The notes below the pieces were generated by a model. The model did no database searches. It had not been told where the DNA came from and worked only from the letters and a program-made list of their open reading frames with translations. From Flavobacteriaceae bacterium (GTDB lineage Bacteria > Bacteroidota > Bacteroidia > Flavobacteriales > Flavobacteriaceae), in contig JBMHCG010000033.1 in the NCBI GenBank assembly GCA_049890035.1, positions 13,536 through 77,535 of the forward strand: a stretch of DNA of 64,000 nt, written 5' to 3'. Position 1 is the first letter of the stretch; the number at the start of each line of letters is the position of its first letter. The position numbers were made by a program, and so were the translations under genes. This document shows, one piece after another, positions 50,918 through 60,311 of the stretch.

Positions 50918-53071
50918 ATGCGCTATTTTTTGAGTAGTACACTATTTCTTTTTTGCGATATTTTCTTTGCTCAAGATCCTATTGTATTTGATGGTCAAAT
51001 TTCTAGTGGGGAATGGGAAAACGCCCAAACCTATGCAATTCCTTATGAATTTCAACCCGGGAACAATACCCCTGCACCTTTTGCGACAACTGTTTATGTA
51101 TTGTATTCACCCACCCATTTGTATGTTGCTTTTGATGCCAAAGCAGATATGAAAACACTTCGTTCAGCCATACGGAACAGAGACGAAGCCTTTCAAGATG
51201 ATTTTGTTCTTTTTGGAGTGGATACTTTTGGTGACGGTCGCTATGGCGTTTCGGTAGGGTCCAATGCAGAAGGCAGTCAGTTGGATTTAAAATTCTCATC
51301 CAATGACGATGACGAATCCTATGATGTCAATTTTGAATCCAAAGCATCTAAAGGGGCAGATGGTTATCAGGTAGAATTAAAAATTCCTTTTAGTGCCTAT
51401 CAATTCAAAATGGCAGCCGAAATGCAATGGAAATTGATACTTTATCGATCTACCTATGCTAATGGAGTGCGCAGTCAAAACTTTAATTATCCAATCGATC
51501 GAAACAATGCTTGTTTTCTGTGTCAAACCCCAGACCAATTAGTGCTAAAAAATATACAACCCAAAAAACGGTTGTTTTTTCTACCCTACGTATTCTCTGG
51601 TTTGTCGGGTCTAGAGGAAGCTAAATCTTTTGAATACGGCAAACCAAAACTCAGTGCAGGATTGGGTGGATTGATCGATTTGACCAACAACAGTTCGCTA
51701 GAATACAGTATCAATCCCGATTTTTCGCAGGTCGAGGCCGATGTTTCACAAATCAATGCCAATACCACTTTTGCCCTTTTTTATCCCGAGCGACGCCCCT
51801 ATTTTAACGAGGGAAGAGACATTGTTAGTACCGAAATGCAGACAGTATATACCCGTTCGATCAACCAGCCGTTGTTATCCACAAAGCTCATTCACCAAGA
51901 GGACAAACAAAGAATTTACTGGTTGGCTGCTTTTGATCAAAAAACAGCCTATTTGATAGGCAACGAAAACGAATCCTATTTTGGGGAAGGAACTGAGAAC
52001 ATCGCAAACATAATACGATACCAACGGACCTATAGTGGCGGTTCGAATTTTGGGTTGATTAGTACCAATCGGTTGCTACGTGCGGGCGGTTTCGATCATG
52101 TCCTTGGTCTTACAGCCCAGTACCGTGCCAAAGAAAAATACGCAGCCTCATTGGAAGTGTATAAAAGTTTTACGGAAGAACCCCTGGCTGATTGGATTGA
52201 TAGTTCCGACCAAATCGAAGACAGCAGTGTGGAACTGGATGGCGAACGTTTTCAAGGAGATGCCGTAAGTATTTGGTTTGAAAGAAACACACAACACTGG
52301 AATAGCTCACTCTATTATGAACACAAATCCCCCGCATATAGAACACCTCTTGGGTTTACCGTGCAAACAGCCGTCAGGGAATGGGGATTCGAGCACAGCT
52401 ATACCCATTTTTTTAAAGATAAGTTTGTCAAACAGTTGGTGGCAGAAGTTGAAGGATATACAACCCAAAATTTTTCGGGTTTACGCAAAGAAGCAGGTGT
52501 TTTTCTTGGAATTTATATGGAAACAAAAGGCAACTGGCGTACCAATTTTAGCGTTGGGCATTTATTCAACAGCGAATACAAAGGGTACAACCCCAAAAAT
52601 TTAAATAGTGCAAGATGGTGGATTGGGTACAACCCTTCCGAAGCAATACGATTAAATGTTTTTTCTCGGATAGCACGACAAATCAATTTTGATGAGATGC
52701 GGTTGGGGAATAGTTTCTTTTTTGGAACCTTTAATAACTTTCAAATCACTGACAATCTTCGTGTCAGCCCAAGTTTGCGCTATTCGGAAATGAAGCGCCT
52801 GGATCGCGACACAAAATTTTTTGCCAGCTATATTGCACGCTTGAATGTCAATTATCAGTTCAACCAAAATTTTTCTTTTCGATTGGTTGGCGAGGTAAAC
52901 ACGAATGACGGCAAATATCTTGTTCAACCGCTACTGCAATGGAATCCTACACCTTTTACCATTTTTTACATTGGCGGTAATAATAATTATCAATTCAACG
53001 ATGCGTTCGATGCCTACCGTTTGGAAGACGCACAATTGTATTTGAAATTACAGTATCAGCTGGGGAGTTAG
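50918..53071 (+). CDS. Large secreted/outer-membrane protein (CBM9/DOMON-like N-domain plus DUF5916-like barrel, from memory)
   Basis: 717 aa with a signal peptide, beta-rich throughout, ending ...LYLKLQYQLGS. Confidence 0.55.
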   Translation: MRYFLSSTLFLFCDIFFAQDPIVFDGQISSGEWENAQTYAIPYEFQPGNNTPAPFATTVYVLYSPTHLYVAFDAKADMKTLRSAIRNRDEAFQDDFVLFGVDTFGDGRYGVSVGSNAEGSQLDLKFSSNDDDESYDVNFESKASKGADGYQVELKIPFSAYQFKMAAEMQWKLILYRSTYANGVRSQNFNYPIDRNNACFLCQTPDQLVLKNIQPKKRLFFLPYVFSGLSGLEEAKSFEYGKPKLSAGLGGLIDLTNNSSLEYSINPDFSQVEADVSQINANTTFALFYPERRPYFNEGRDIVSTEMQTVYTRSINQPLLSTKLIHQEDKQRIYWLAAFDQKTAYLIGNENESYFGEGTENIANIIRYQRTYSGGSNFGLISTNRLLRAGGFDHVLGLTAQYRAKEKYAASLEVYKSFTEEPLADWIDSSDQIEDSSVELDGERFQGDAVSIWFERNTQHWNSSLYYEHKSPAYRTPLGFTVQTAVREWGFEHSYTHFFKDKFVKQLVAEVEGYTTQNFSGLRKEAGVFLGIYMETKGNWRTNFSVGHLFNSEYKGYNPKNLNSARWWIGYNPSEAIRLNVFSRIARQINFDEMRLGNSFFFGTFNNFQITDNLRVSPSLRYSEMKRLDRDTKFFASYIARLNVNYQFNQNFSFRLVGEVNTNDGKYLVQPLLQWNPTPFTIFYIGGNNNYQFNDAFDAYRLEDAQLYLKLQYQLGS

Positions 53072-54003
53072 ACCAGGGATTGCAAGTAACGTTCAGCGTC
53101 TAAAGCTGCCATACACCCTGTGCCTGCAGCTGTCACAGCTTGGCGATACTCTTTGTCCTGAACATCACCCGATGCAAAAACACCCGGGAGATTGGTATGG
53201 GTGCTTTTTCCTTGAGTGATCAAGTATCCGGCATCATCCATATCCAATTGCCCTTTGAAAATGTCTGTATTGGGTTTGTGACCTATGGCGATAAAGAGTC
53301 CTGTAATAGGAATTTCTTCGACTGCCTGTGTTTGATTGTTACGAATACGCAGTCCTTCAACAACAGTGTCACCTAACACTTCGTCAACTTCCGAAAAATA
53401 CCGCAAATCAATATTGGGTGTGCTGGTTACGCGATGCTGCATAGCTTTAGAAGCCCGCATTTCACTTTTGCGGACAAGCATGGTAACGTTACTACAAATA
53501 TTGGCCAAATAGGTTGCTTCTTCAGCAGCGGTATCTCCACCACCAACTATGGCGACATTCTGCCCTTTGTAGAAAAAACCATCACAAACAGCACAAGCGG
53601 ATACACCACCGCCACGCAGCCGTTGTTCACTCGGAAGCCCTAAGTATTTAGCGGTTGCACCCGTGCTAATAATTACGGTTTCAGCTTCTACTTTTTCACC
53701 TCCTTGGATATGGAGCGTGTGGATACCACCTTTTTTAGTGGCAAAATCAACTTTATCAATATGGGCAATCCGAACTTCAGTTCCAAAACGTTCGGCTTGT
53801 TGTTGCAATTGAACCATCATGCTTGGGCCATCAACCCCTTCTGGGTAGCCTGGAAAATTGTCCACCTCTGTCGTCGTAGTCAACTGGCCACCAGGTTCCA
53901 TACCCGTAAAAACAACAGGTTTCAGGTCGGCTCGAGCGGCATAAATAGCAGCGGTGTATCCCGCAGGACCACTCCCTATGATGGCGGTTTTAATTCGTTC
54001 CAT
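53068..54003 (-). CDS. trxB: Thioredoxin-disulfide reductase
   Basis: IIGSGPAGYTAA, redox-active CAVCDG and the GGGDTAAEEA NADPH site. ATG at 54003 (the track ORF is 7 codons longer). Confidence 0.92.
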   Translation of the reverse strand: MERIKTAIIGSGPAGYTAAIYAARADLKPVVFTGMEPGGQLTTTTEVDNFPGYPEGVDGPSMMVQLQQQAERFGTEVRIAHIDKVDFATKKGGIHTLHIQGGEKVEAETVIISTGATAKYLGLPSEQRLRGGGVSACAVCDGFFYKGQNVAIVGGGDTAAEEATYLANICSNVTMLVRKSEMRASKAMQHRVTSTPNIDLRYFSEVDEVLGDTVVEGLRIRNNQTQAVEEIPITGLFIAIGHKPNTDIFKGQLDMDDAGYLITQGKSTHTNLPGVFASGDVQDKEYRQAVTAAGTGCMAALDAERYLQSLV

Positions 54004-54122
54004 ATCAAATTTTATTTCCAACAAATGTAACGGGTTTCAAAAAAGCACTGGCATTTTTTTAATAACAAAATCTAATTTGTCAATAGGGGATTCTTTTTGT
54101 TATTTGTATGCAAAGATTAGCG

Positions 54123-54863
54123 ATGAAAAAATTTGCACTTGTACTTTATGGGGTTTTCTTTTTTTCGTGTCAATACACAGCTGACAAAACCGCTCAGGAA
54201 TTGATAGATGCCAGTATTACTTATTATGGCCAAAACCGTTGGGATCAAATTGATATCCATTTTCAATTCAGAAAACACCGTTATTCTTTGCATCGTGCTG
54301 ACAAGCAAACGGTCTATACACGCGAAACCTTACATTCACCTTTCCTGTTGGATTCGCTTTATGGAAATGGGAAATTTGTCCGATACAAGCAAGACATACC
54401 ACAGCAACTTAGTGATAGTTTACAACAGGTATATGCGGCTTCTGTCAATTCAGTACTTTATTTTTTTCAAATCCCACGTGTGTTGAATGATCCAGCGGTA
54501 ATCAAAAAAAGATTGCCAGACACATGGATCAAAAACAAAAAATACCATCAAGTACAAATAACCTTTCAACAGGAAGGCGGGGGGGCGGACTACGAAGATG
54601 AATTTCGATATTGGTTGGATCCAGAAACTTATGCGGTCGATTATCTGGCCTACAAATATCTTACTGACGGGGGTGGAGTTCGCTTTCGTGCAGTAAAAAA
54701 CAGAAGATCCAAATCGGGCTTTGTCTTTCAAGATTACCGCAACTACAAACCCAAAAATTCCACTCAAAATTTAGATAGCCTTCCTGGATTATTCAATCGA
54801 GCTGCACTTTTGGAAATATCTCAAATTGAAAACACAAACCTACGCATTAAATCACTTCAATAG
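54123..54863 (+). CDS. Lipoprotein-like hypothetical protein
   Basis: ATG at 54123 gives MKKFALVLYGVFFFSC. About 246 aa. No family assigned with confidence. Confidence 0.5.
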   Translation: MKKFALVLYGVFFFSCQYTADKTAQELIDASITYYGQNRWDQIDIHFQFRKHRYSLHRADKQTVYTRETLHSPFLLDSLYGNGKFVRYKQDIPQQLSDSLQQVYAASVNSVLYFFQIPRVLNDPAVIKKRLPDTWIKNKKYHQVQITFQQEGGGADYEDEFRYWLDPETYAVDYLAYKYLTDGGGVRFRAVKNRRSKSGFVFQDYRNYKPKNSTQNLDSLPGLFNRAALLEISQIENTNLRIKSLQ

Positions 54864-55564
54864 TTGATGTTTTGAAGGGTGTATTCATATAAAGTACTTT
54901 TTCGTTGCGGTTGGAAGAGTGAATCTGTGAAATAGCTGGTACGCTTCTTGTGCAGCCACAATCCTGATTTTGCCTCTTGGTTGTCATTCGTAATGAGACT
55001 GTAACGATTGTTATGAAAAACTCCTGTAGCCTTTAAACGGTTGCTTTCTTGATCAAAAAAAAAGAACCAACGATCGTCAGAATTTGGATACACAACCTCT
55101 ATTTCATCTACTTTCCAACCATTGAACAGGGTTCGTTTGCCTTTGTAGGATTTTTGACCAGCGTCTGCAACAAACTTGAAGGGTTGCCAAAAAACAAACT
55201 GAGCAGCTTGCAGTCGTTTGGCTGTTTTTTCAAGCAGGAGCGAATCTTTTTGTTGGCTGCCATTTTTTTTCAACTCTGTGAAGTGGCCTTCTTTTTTTGC
55301 TTCCCAAAGGTTACCTTCATGATTCCATGAGAGTGTTGCAAATCCATTTTCAAAAGAAACCGAATGATTTTCAATCACTTGTGAAATTGTGTCTGAAGTA
55401 GGTGAAAGCTTCCAGATTTTTTTTTGGTAGCTGATGCTTTTTATGTTTTTATGAAGATCACCGCCGTGTGCCAGTAGCACAGCCTCTTCAATAGTAGCTA
55501 GGGTAGGTTCTTGATGGCATTGGATGCTCAAGCACAAAAGGAACGATAGCCATACATTTTTCAT
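54857..55564 (-). CDS. Secreted hypothetical protein, possible distant paralogue of 54123-54863
   Basis: 235 aa with the signal MKNVWLSFLLCLSIQC. Shares motif order with its neighbour (see findings). Confidence 0.5.
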   Translation of the reverse strand: MKNVWLSFLLCLSIQCHQEPTLATIEEAVLLAHGGDLHKNIKSISYQKKIWKLSPTSDTISQVIENHSVSFENGFATLSWNHEGNLWEAKKEGHFTELKKNGSQQKDSLLLEKTAKRLQAAQFVFWQPFKFVADAGQKSYKGKRTLFNGWKVDEIEVVYPNSDDRWFFFFDQESNRLKATGVFHNNRYSLITNDNQEAKSGLWLHKKRTSYFTDSLFQPQRKSTLYEYTLQNINY

Positions 55565-55605
55565 ATGTCCAAAGTAGTTTTTCTATATTTCATAAAAATA
55601 CAAAG

Positions 55606-56049
55606 ATGAATAGAATCGTTATTTTACTACTATGCCTGTTCTCTGGATTCCTCTGCAGAGCACAAGGATTTATTGCCGACTCACTGGCTCTTGTTCATGT
55701 GTTGGACCAACAAGAAAAAGCCTGGAATACAAACGATATTGATGCGTTTATGGAAGGCTATTGGAAAAGTCCCAGTTTAGTTTTTTGTGGCTCGTCAGGT
55801 CCCGTATATGGTTGGGAAGCCACCCGTGACCGCTACAAAAGAGTATACAATACCCCAGAGAAAATGGGGGTATTAACCTTCACAATTTTAGATGTACTGG
55901 CCGTTCAAAAGGATGTTATGCAATTGATTGGACAATTTGAATTGGAACGTAAACCTGTTCCTGCTTCCGGATATTTTACCCTGCTCTGGAAACGTACCAG
56001 GAAAGGTTGGAAAATAGTGAGTGACCACACCTCCGCTGAAGCAAATTAA
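55606..56049 (+). CDS. Secreted SnoaL/NTF2-like (DUF4440-like) protein
   Basis: 147 aa with a signal peptide, WNTNDIDAFMEGYW and a ...WKIVSDHTS ending typical of the NTF2-like fold. Confidence 0.55.
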   Translation: MNRIVILLLCLFSGFLCRAQGFIADSLALVHVLDQQEKAWNTNDIDAFMEGYWKSPSLVFCGSSGPVYGWEATRDRYKRVYNTPEKMGVLTFTILDVLAVQKDVMQLIGQFELERKPVPASGYFTLLWKRTRKGWKIVSDHTSAEAN

Positions 56050-56723
56050 AAATTAAAATACGTATTTGGAAAGGGTTCGTTATTCAAGGTAAAGTGCCAC
56101 CATTCCTTGGCATAGGGTCTAAAACCACTTTCTATCATAACGGATTGTAAGAGTTTGCGATGGGTTCTTTGTTCGTCATTGATTTCTGGGCTATCAGTCC
56201 ATGAAATCGGTCCAAAAAAATCCCAGGGACTCCCCATATCCACTTCAGTGCCTTTAACAGAACCTTCTAAATGAATGAGTGTGATATCAACGGTACTACC
56301 ACGACTGTGCCCCGAACGTTTCGCTATATATCCTGCATCAAATAGGGTGTCTTTGGGTAGGGCTGGGTAATAATATGCCTTTTTAAGTGTGTCATTGGAT
56401 TGTTTGGACCAGGCAATAAAGTCATTGACGGCCCGCTGCGGGCGGTATCCGTCAAACAGTTTGATACCCAAACCATGTTTTTTGAATTGGGACTGTGCTT
56501 TTTGGAGGGCAGCCAGAGTAGGTTGTGTCAATACAGCTTTGGGTTGTTGATATCCATCGACCACACGACCCATAAAATTTTCAGTAGTGCCGTAGCGCAA
56601 TTCAAGGACCATTGAAGGAAGCATATTTTCAATAGAAGCAAATCCTTTAGGAATATTTTGTGCAAGCACGCTCTGGATAAAACAGATAGTGTATAAAAAG
56701 AATGGGGATTGATTTTTTTTCAT
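56046..56723 (-). CDS. D-alanyl-D-alanine dipeptidase (VanX/DdpX, M15D), secreted
   Basis: Zn-ligand motifs SGHSRGSTVDITL and EWWHF plus GYRPQRAV; N-terminal signal peptide. The ATG shares one base with the stop of the upstream FAD oxidase (TAATG). Confidence 0.8.
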   Translation of the reverse strand: MKKNQSPFFLYTICFIQSVLAQNIPKGFASIENMLPSMVLELRYGTTENFMGRVVDGYQQPKAVLTQPTLAALQKAQSQFKKHGLGIKLFDGYRPQRAVNDFIAWSKQSNDTLKKAYYYPALPKDTLFDAGYIAKRSGHSRGSTVDITLIHLEGSVKGTEVDMGSPWDFFGPISWTDSPEINDEQRTHRKLLQSVMIESGFRPYAKEWWHFTLNNEPFPNTYFNF

Positions 56724-58111
56724 TAAATAATTCTTCCAGGGTTAAGAATGCCGTTTGGATCAAAAAGCTGCTTCAGCGAATTCATCACTTCAATTTCAAC
56801 CTCTGATCGACTGGTTTGTAGATAGTCTTTTTTATGTAGTCCAATCCCGTGTTCAGCAGAAACAGAACCCTTATTTGCTTTCAAAGGGGCATAAACAATC
56901 CTATCAATTGCCTGCCGAGTTGCCTCACTGTCATCATTTTTTCCAACAATAAAATGAATATTTCCATCGGCAACATGACCAAAGGCAAAGGCATGACTGA
57001 CAGCTGGATGCGCTTCTAACTGGCTTTGAATGCCATCAATCAGACTGCCTATTTTTGGAATGGGGAGACTGATATCAAAATGTTGATCAAAGGCACCTTG
57101 TGATGCTAAAATAGAAACATCCTCCCGAATCTGCCACAGATGATTGAGGTCACGATCTGAATTAACGAGGGTCGCATCGGCAATCCGTTGGTTTTCCAAT
57201 GCATGCCCAATAAGGTCTTCTAGCCGATCGTATTCTTTTTGCGTGTCCATCCCCAAACTCTCTACAAAAACATAATAAGGGTAATCAGCCGGGAGCGGGG
57301 GCTGCTGTTGGTTCAATGTAGCAATCATTGTTTGATAGGTGTTTTGCCACATCAATTCGAAGCCTGTTAAACTACCACTCAAATTTTTTTCTAAGTATTT
57401 CAATAGCGCAATGACATCAGAATATTTTTCCAATCCAATAAAGGCAGAGACCCTCGCTTTGGGCGCTTCTACCAATCGAAGAATTACTTTGGTAACAACG
57501 CCCAAAGTTCCTTCGGCACCAATAAACAGTTGTTTTAAATCATAGCCAGAATTGTCTTTTAGGATCTTTTTCATAGCATGTACAATTCGACCATCGGGTA
57601 AAACCGCCTCGAGTCCCAAGACCATTTGTCGGGTCATCCCATACCGAAACACACGTAACCCACCGGCGTTAGTGGCAATGGCACCCCCAATTTGAGCGGA
57701 TCCTTTCGCACCAAAATTTAAGGGTAGCAACAAGTCGTGTTCAGCGGCAGCATCAATCAGGGCCTCAACAATGGCACCGCTTTGTGCGGTAATTGTTCGG
57801 CTTTCAGGGTCAACTTCTTCTATTGCATTCATCCGTTCCATAGCCATTACCAATTGATGCGGAGCTACTTCTGTGCTACCCACTAAATTGGTCAAACCCC
57901 CGTGAACAACGATCTCCTGCTGGTTTTTCCAGCAATACTTTAGGATGGCAACTACATCTTCTGTTGTTTCGGGTAAAACCACTGCTAGTGCTTCCAGTGG
58001 TTCTTCCATTTTCCATATGTGGTAGGTTCGTTGTTGGAGGGCATCACCAAAAAGAATTTGGTGCGGTTTCAATAGAGCGGAAAGCGCTGGAAGTAATTCG
58101 TTGGTTGTCAT
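56723..58111 (-). CDS. FAD-linked oxidase (GlcD / D-lactate dehydrogenase family)
   Basis: 462 aa with an FAD_binding_4-type N-half (VVHGGLTNLVGS, GGAIATNAGG) and a C-terminal GSVSAEHGIGLHKK. Confidence 0.8.
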   Translation of the reverse strand: MTTNELLPALSALLKPHQILFGDALQQRTYHIWKMEEPLEALAVVLPETTEDVVAILKYCWKNQQEIVVHGGLTNLVGSTEVAPHQLVMAMERMNAIEEVDPESRTITAQSGAIVEALIDAAAEHDLLLPLNFGAKGSAQIGGAIATNAGGLRVFRYGMTRQMVLGLEAVLPDGRIVHAMKKILKDNSGYDLKQLFIGAEGTLGVVTKVILRLVEAPKARVSAFIGLEKYSDVIALLKYLEKNLSGSLTGFELMWQNTYQTMIATLNQQQPPLPADYPYYVFVESLGMDTQKEYDRLEDLIGHALENQRIADATLVNSDRDLNHLWQIREDVSILASQGAFDQHFDISLPIPKIGSLIDGIQSQLEAHPAVSHAFAFGHVADGNIHFIVGKNDDSEATRQAIDRIVYAPLKANKGSVSAEHGIGLHKKDYLQTSRSEVEIEVMNSLKQLFDPNGILNPGRII

Positions 58112-58411
58112 CGGTTTGATGCAATTAGTTGTCTGTATTTTTATATCTTTAAAGATAAGAAGCTTTCAAAGATGACGCCCCAAATGTCTACCCTTTTTAC
58201 TTTTTTCCCAGAATATATCCGTATCAGCCTGTCATTGGTGCCAGAAGATCGGATTCAGTCGTATTGGCCACCCCCCCTAAAACTTGTTTTCCATACTGCC
58301 ATTCAACGATAGTTGTTTGGAAATAGGCAAGTAGTTAAAATTCCTACATTCCCTCCAAGACGATGAACAACGACCCTTTATCTTATTTAACCCTTTAACC
58401 TACTTAGATTT

Positions 58412-60246
58412 ATGAAATTCAATTTTAATCATCTCAAAGGCGATGCAATCGGAGGATTGACAGCTGGTATAGTAGCCCTTCCACTCGCGTTAGCTTTCGG
58501 AGTCAGTTCCGGACTGGGACCTAGCGCAGGTTTGTACGGTGCCATTTTTCTCAGTTTTTTTGCTGCTGTTTTTGGTGGAACCCCTACGCAAATATCCGTA
58601 CCTACTGCTCCAATGACCGCAGTCAGTATGGTGGTGATTGCCACAATCATTGGTATGCAAGATGGCGACATGAGCAAAGCCATTCCTTTGATTTTAATCG
58701 TTTTTCTTTTAAGTGGGCTTTTTCAGATATTTTTGGAATAGTCGGTCTGGGGCGGTATATCAAATATATTCCCTATCCTGTTGTCTCCGGATTTATGACA
58801 GCAATAGGTGTTATAATTTTAATCACTCAAATTCAACCCATGATGGGGTATTCTGTCTCTCAAGATGTGGAATATATTAACCGATTTATACCCGTCGCGG
58901 AAGCGCAATTGATGGAAAAAATTCTGGAAGAAGAATCGAAAGAAGGCATTTTGGTATTGGAAGATTTCCAAGAAACCCTCCGCCGAGCTGAGAAAATAGA
59001 GGCAACTGCCATTCATGAAGAGGCCGTTTTTCTTGCCTCCAAACAAAGTTCTGGTGTGGTTGGGACCCTCCGTATTTTACCTCGTATTTTGGATCAGCTG
59101 CTATGGATGGAGTTGTTATTAACGCTTTTAACGGTTGGTATTATCTATGGAGTGAAACGCTTTAACAAAAGTTTTCCGGGTACCTTAATAGCCTTATTGG
59201 TTGTAACTTTAGGTGCTGTCGTAACTGGCATCCCTTACCGTCCCATTCAGCAAATACCTGAAGGTTTTCCTACATTTCAAGTAGCCATATTCAATGATTT
59301 CGATTTCTGGGAATTGGTTCCTTATTTGGCTGCTGCTTTAACACTTTCATTGCTTGGGGCCATTGATTCATTATTAACTTCTATCGTGGCAGATAATTTG
59401 ACCAAAACTCGACACCGTCCCAATCAAGAATTGATTGGACAGGGAATTGGAAATAGTATCAGTGCTTTGTTTGGTGGTATTCCAGGGGCTGGAGCCACCA
59501 TACGAACCGTTGTAAATATACAATCTGGTGGCAAAACCAAGCTGTCGGGAATGGCAGCCGCTTTGGTCTTACTTGCCATATTACTCCTTTTTGGACAGGT
59601 GGCTTCTCAAATCCCTACAGCGGTATTAGCAGGTATTCTCATCACTGTGGGGATCGGGGTGATGGATTACAGAGGGTTGAAGTCATTGAAAAAAATTCCC
59701 CGCTCTGAGGTACTCGTAATGGTTGTTGTTTTGATATTGTCTGTTGTTTGGAATTTGGTCTATGCCGTTGGGATTGGCTTGGTGTTAGCTTCTTTGTTCT
59801 TCATGAAAAAAATGGGTGACATCACCTATCAACAATCGAAAATAGCACCTATTAAAAAAGAAAAAGCATGGGCAGACGAAAAATCGCTTACTTCAGACTT
59901 TCTTTCTAAAGTGTACATCAAGCATATCAATGGCCCTTTATTTTTCGGATTTACAAGTGATTTTCAAAGTTTGTCACGACAGTTGCCAGAACAAGCACGT
60001 ATCGTATTGATCCGATTGAGTCGTGTTCTCCTAATTGATCAATCCGGTTTGTATGCCTTGGAAGATGTTCTTATTGATCTGGTTCAACAAGGGATTACTC
60101 CCTTGTTAGTAGGTGTCAAAAAACAGCCCGAATATTTGATGCGATCAATTGGAATTATCGGAAAATTAATTCCTGAAAAACATTGCTTTGCAAGCTTTCA
60201 AAAATGTAGGCAGTGGTTACAATCCAATCTCAATAGCTTTGAGTAA
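58412..60246 (+). pseudogene. SulP-family anion transporter with C-terminal STAS domain, interrupted by a -1 frameshift
   Basis: ORFs 58412-58741 and 58795-60246 are consecutive parts of one SulP protein. Frame 1 ends ...GLFQIFLE*. Adding one T to the T5 run at 58730-58734 would read ...GLFQIFFGIVGLGRYIKYIPYPVVSGFMTAIGVIILITQ, the canonical SulP segment. Confidence 0.8.
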
Positions 60247-60254
60247 CTAACATT

Positions 60255-60280
60255 AAGGCTAGGGAAACTCAGCCTTTTTT
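60255..60280 (+). terminator. Weak terminator-like hairpin after the SulP gene
   Basis: Stem AAGGCT / AGCCTT with a 10-nt loop, running into T6. Confidence 0.4.
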
Positions 60281-60311
60281 GTATCTTATATGTAACCATA
60301 AATCAATCAAA

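Noticed and set aside
58172-58312. 46-codon ORF (MTPQMSTLFTFFPEYIRISL...) in the spacer upstream of the SulP gene.
   Set aside because: Short, with no recognisable motif, signal peptide or coupling to neighbours. Kept only as a note within the spacer finding.
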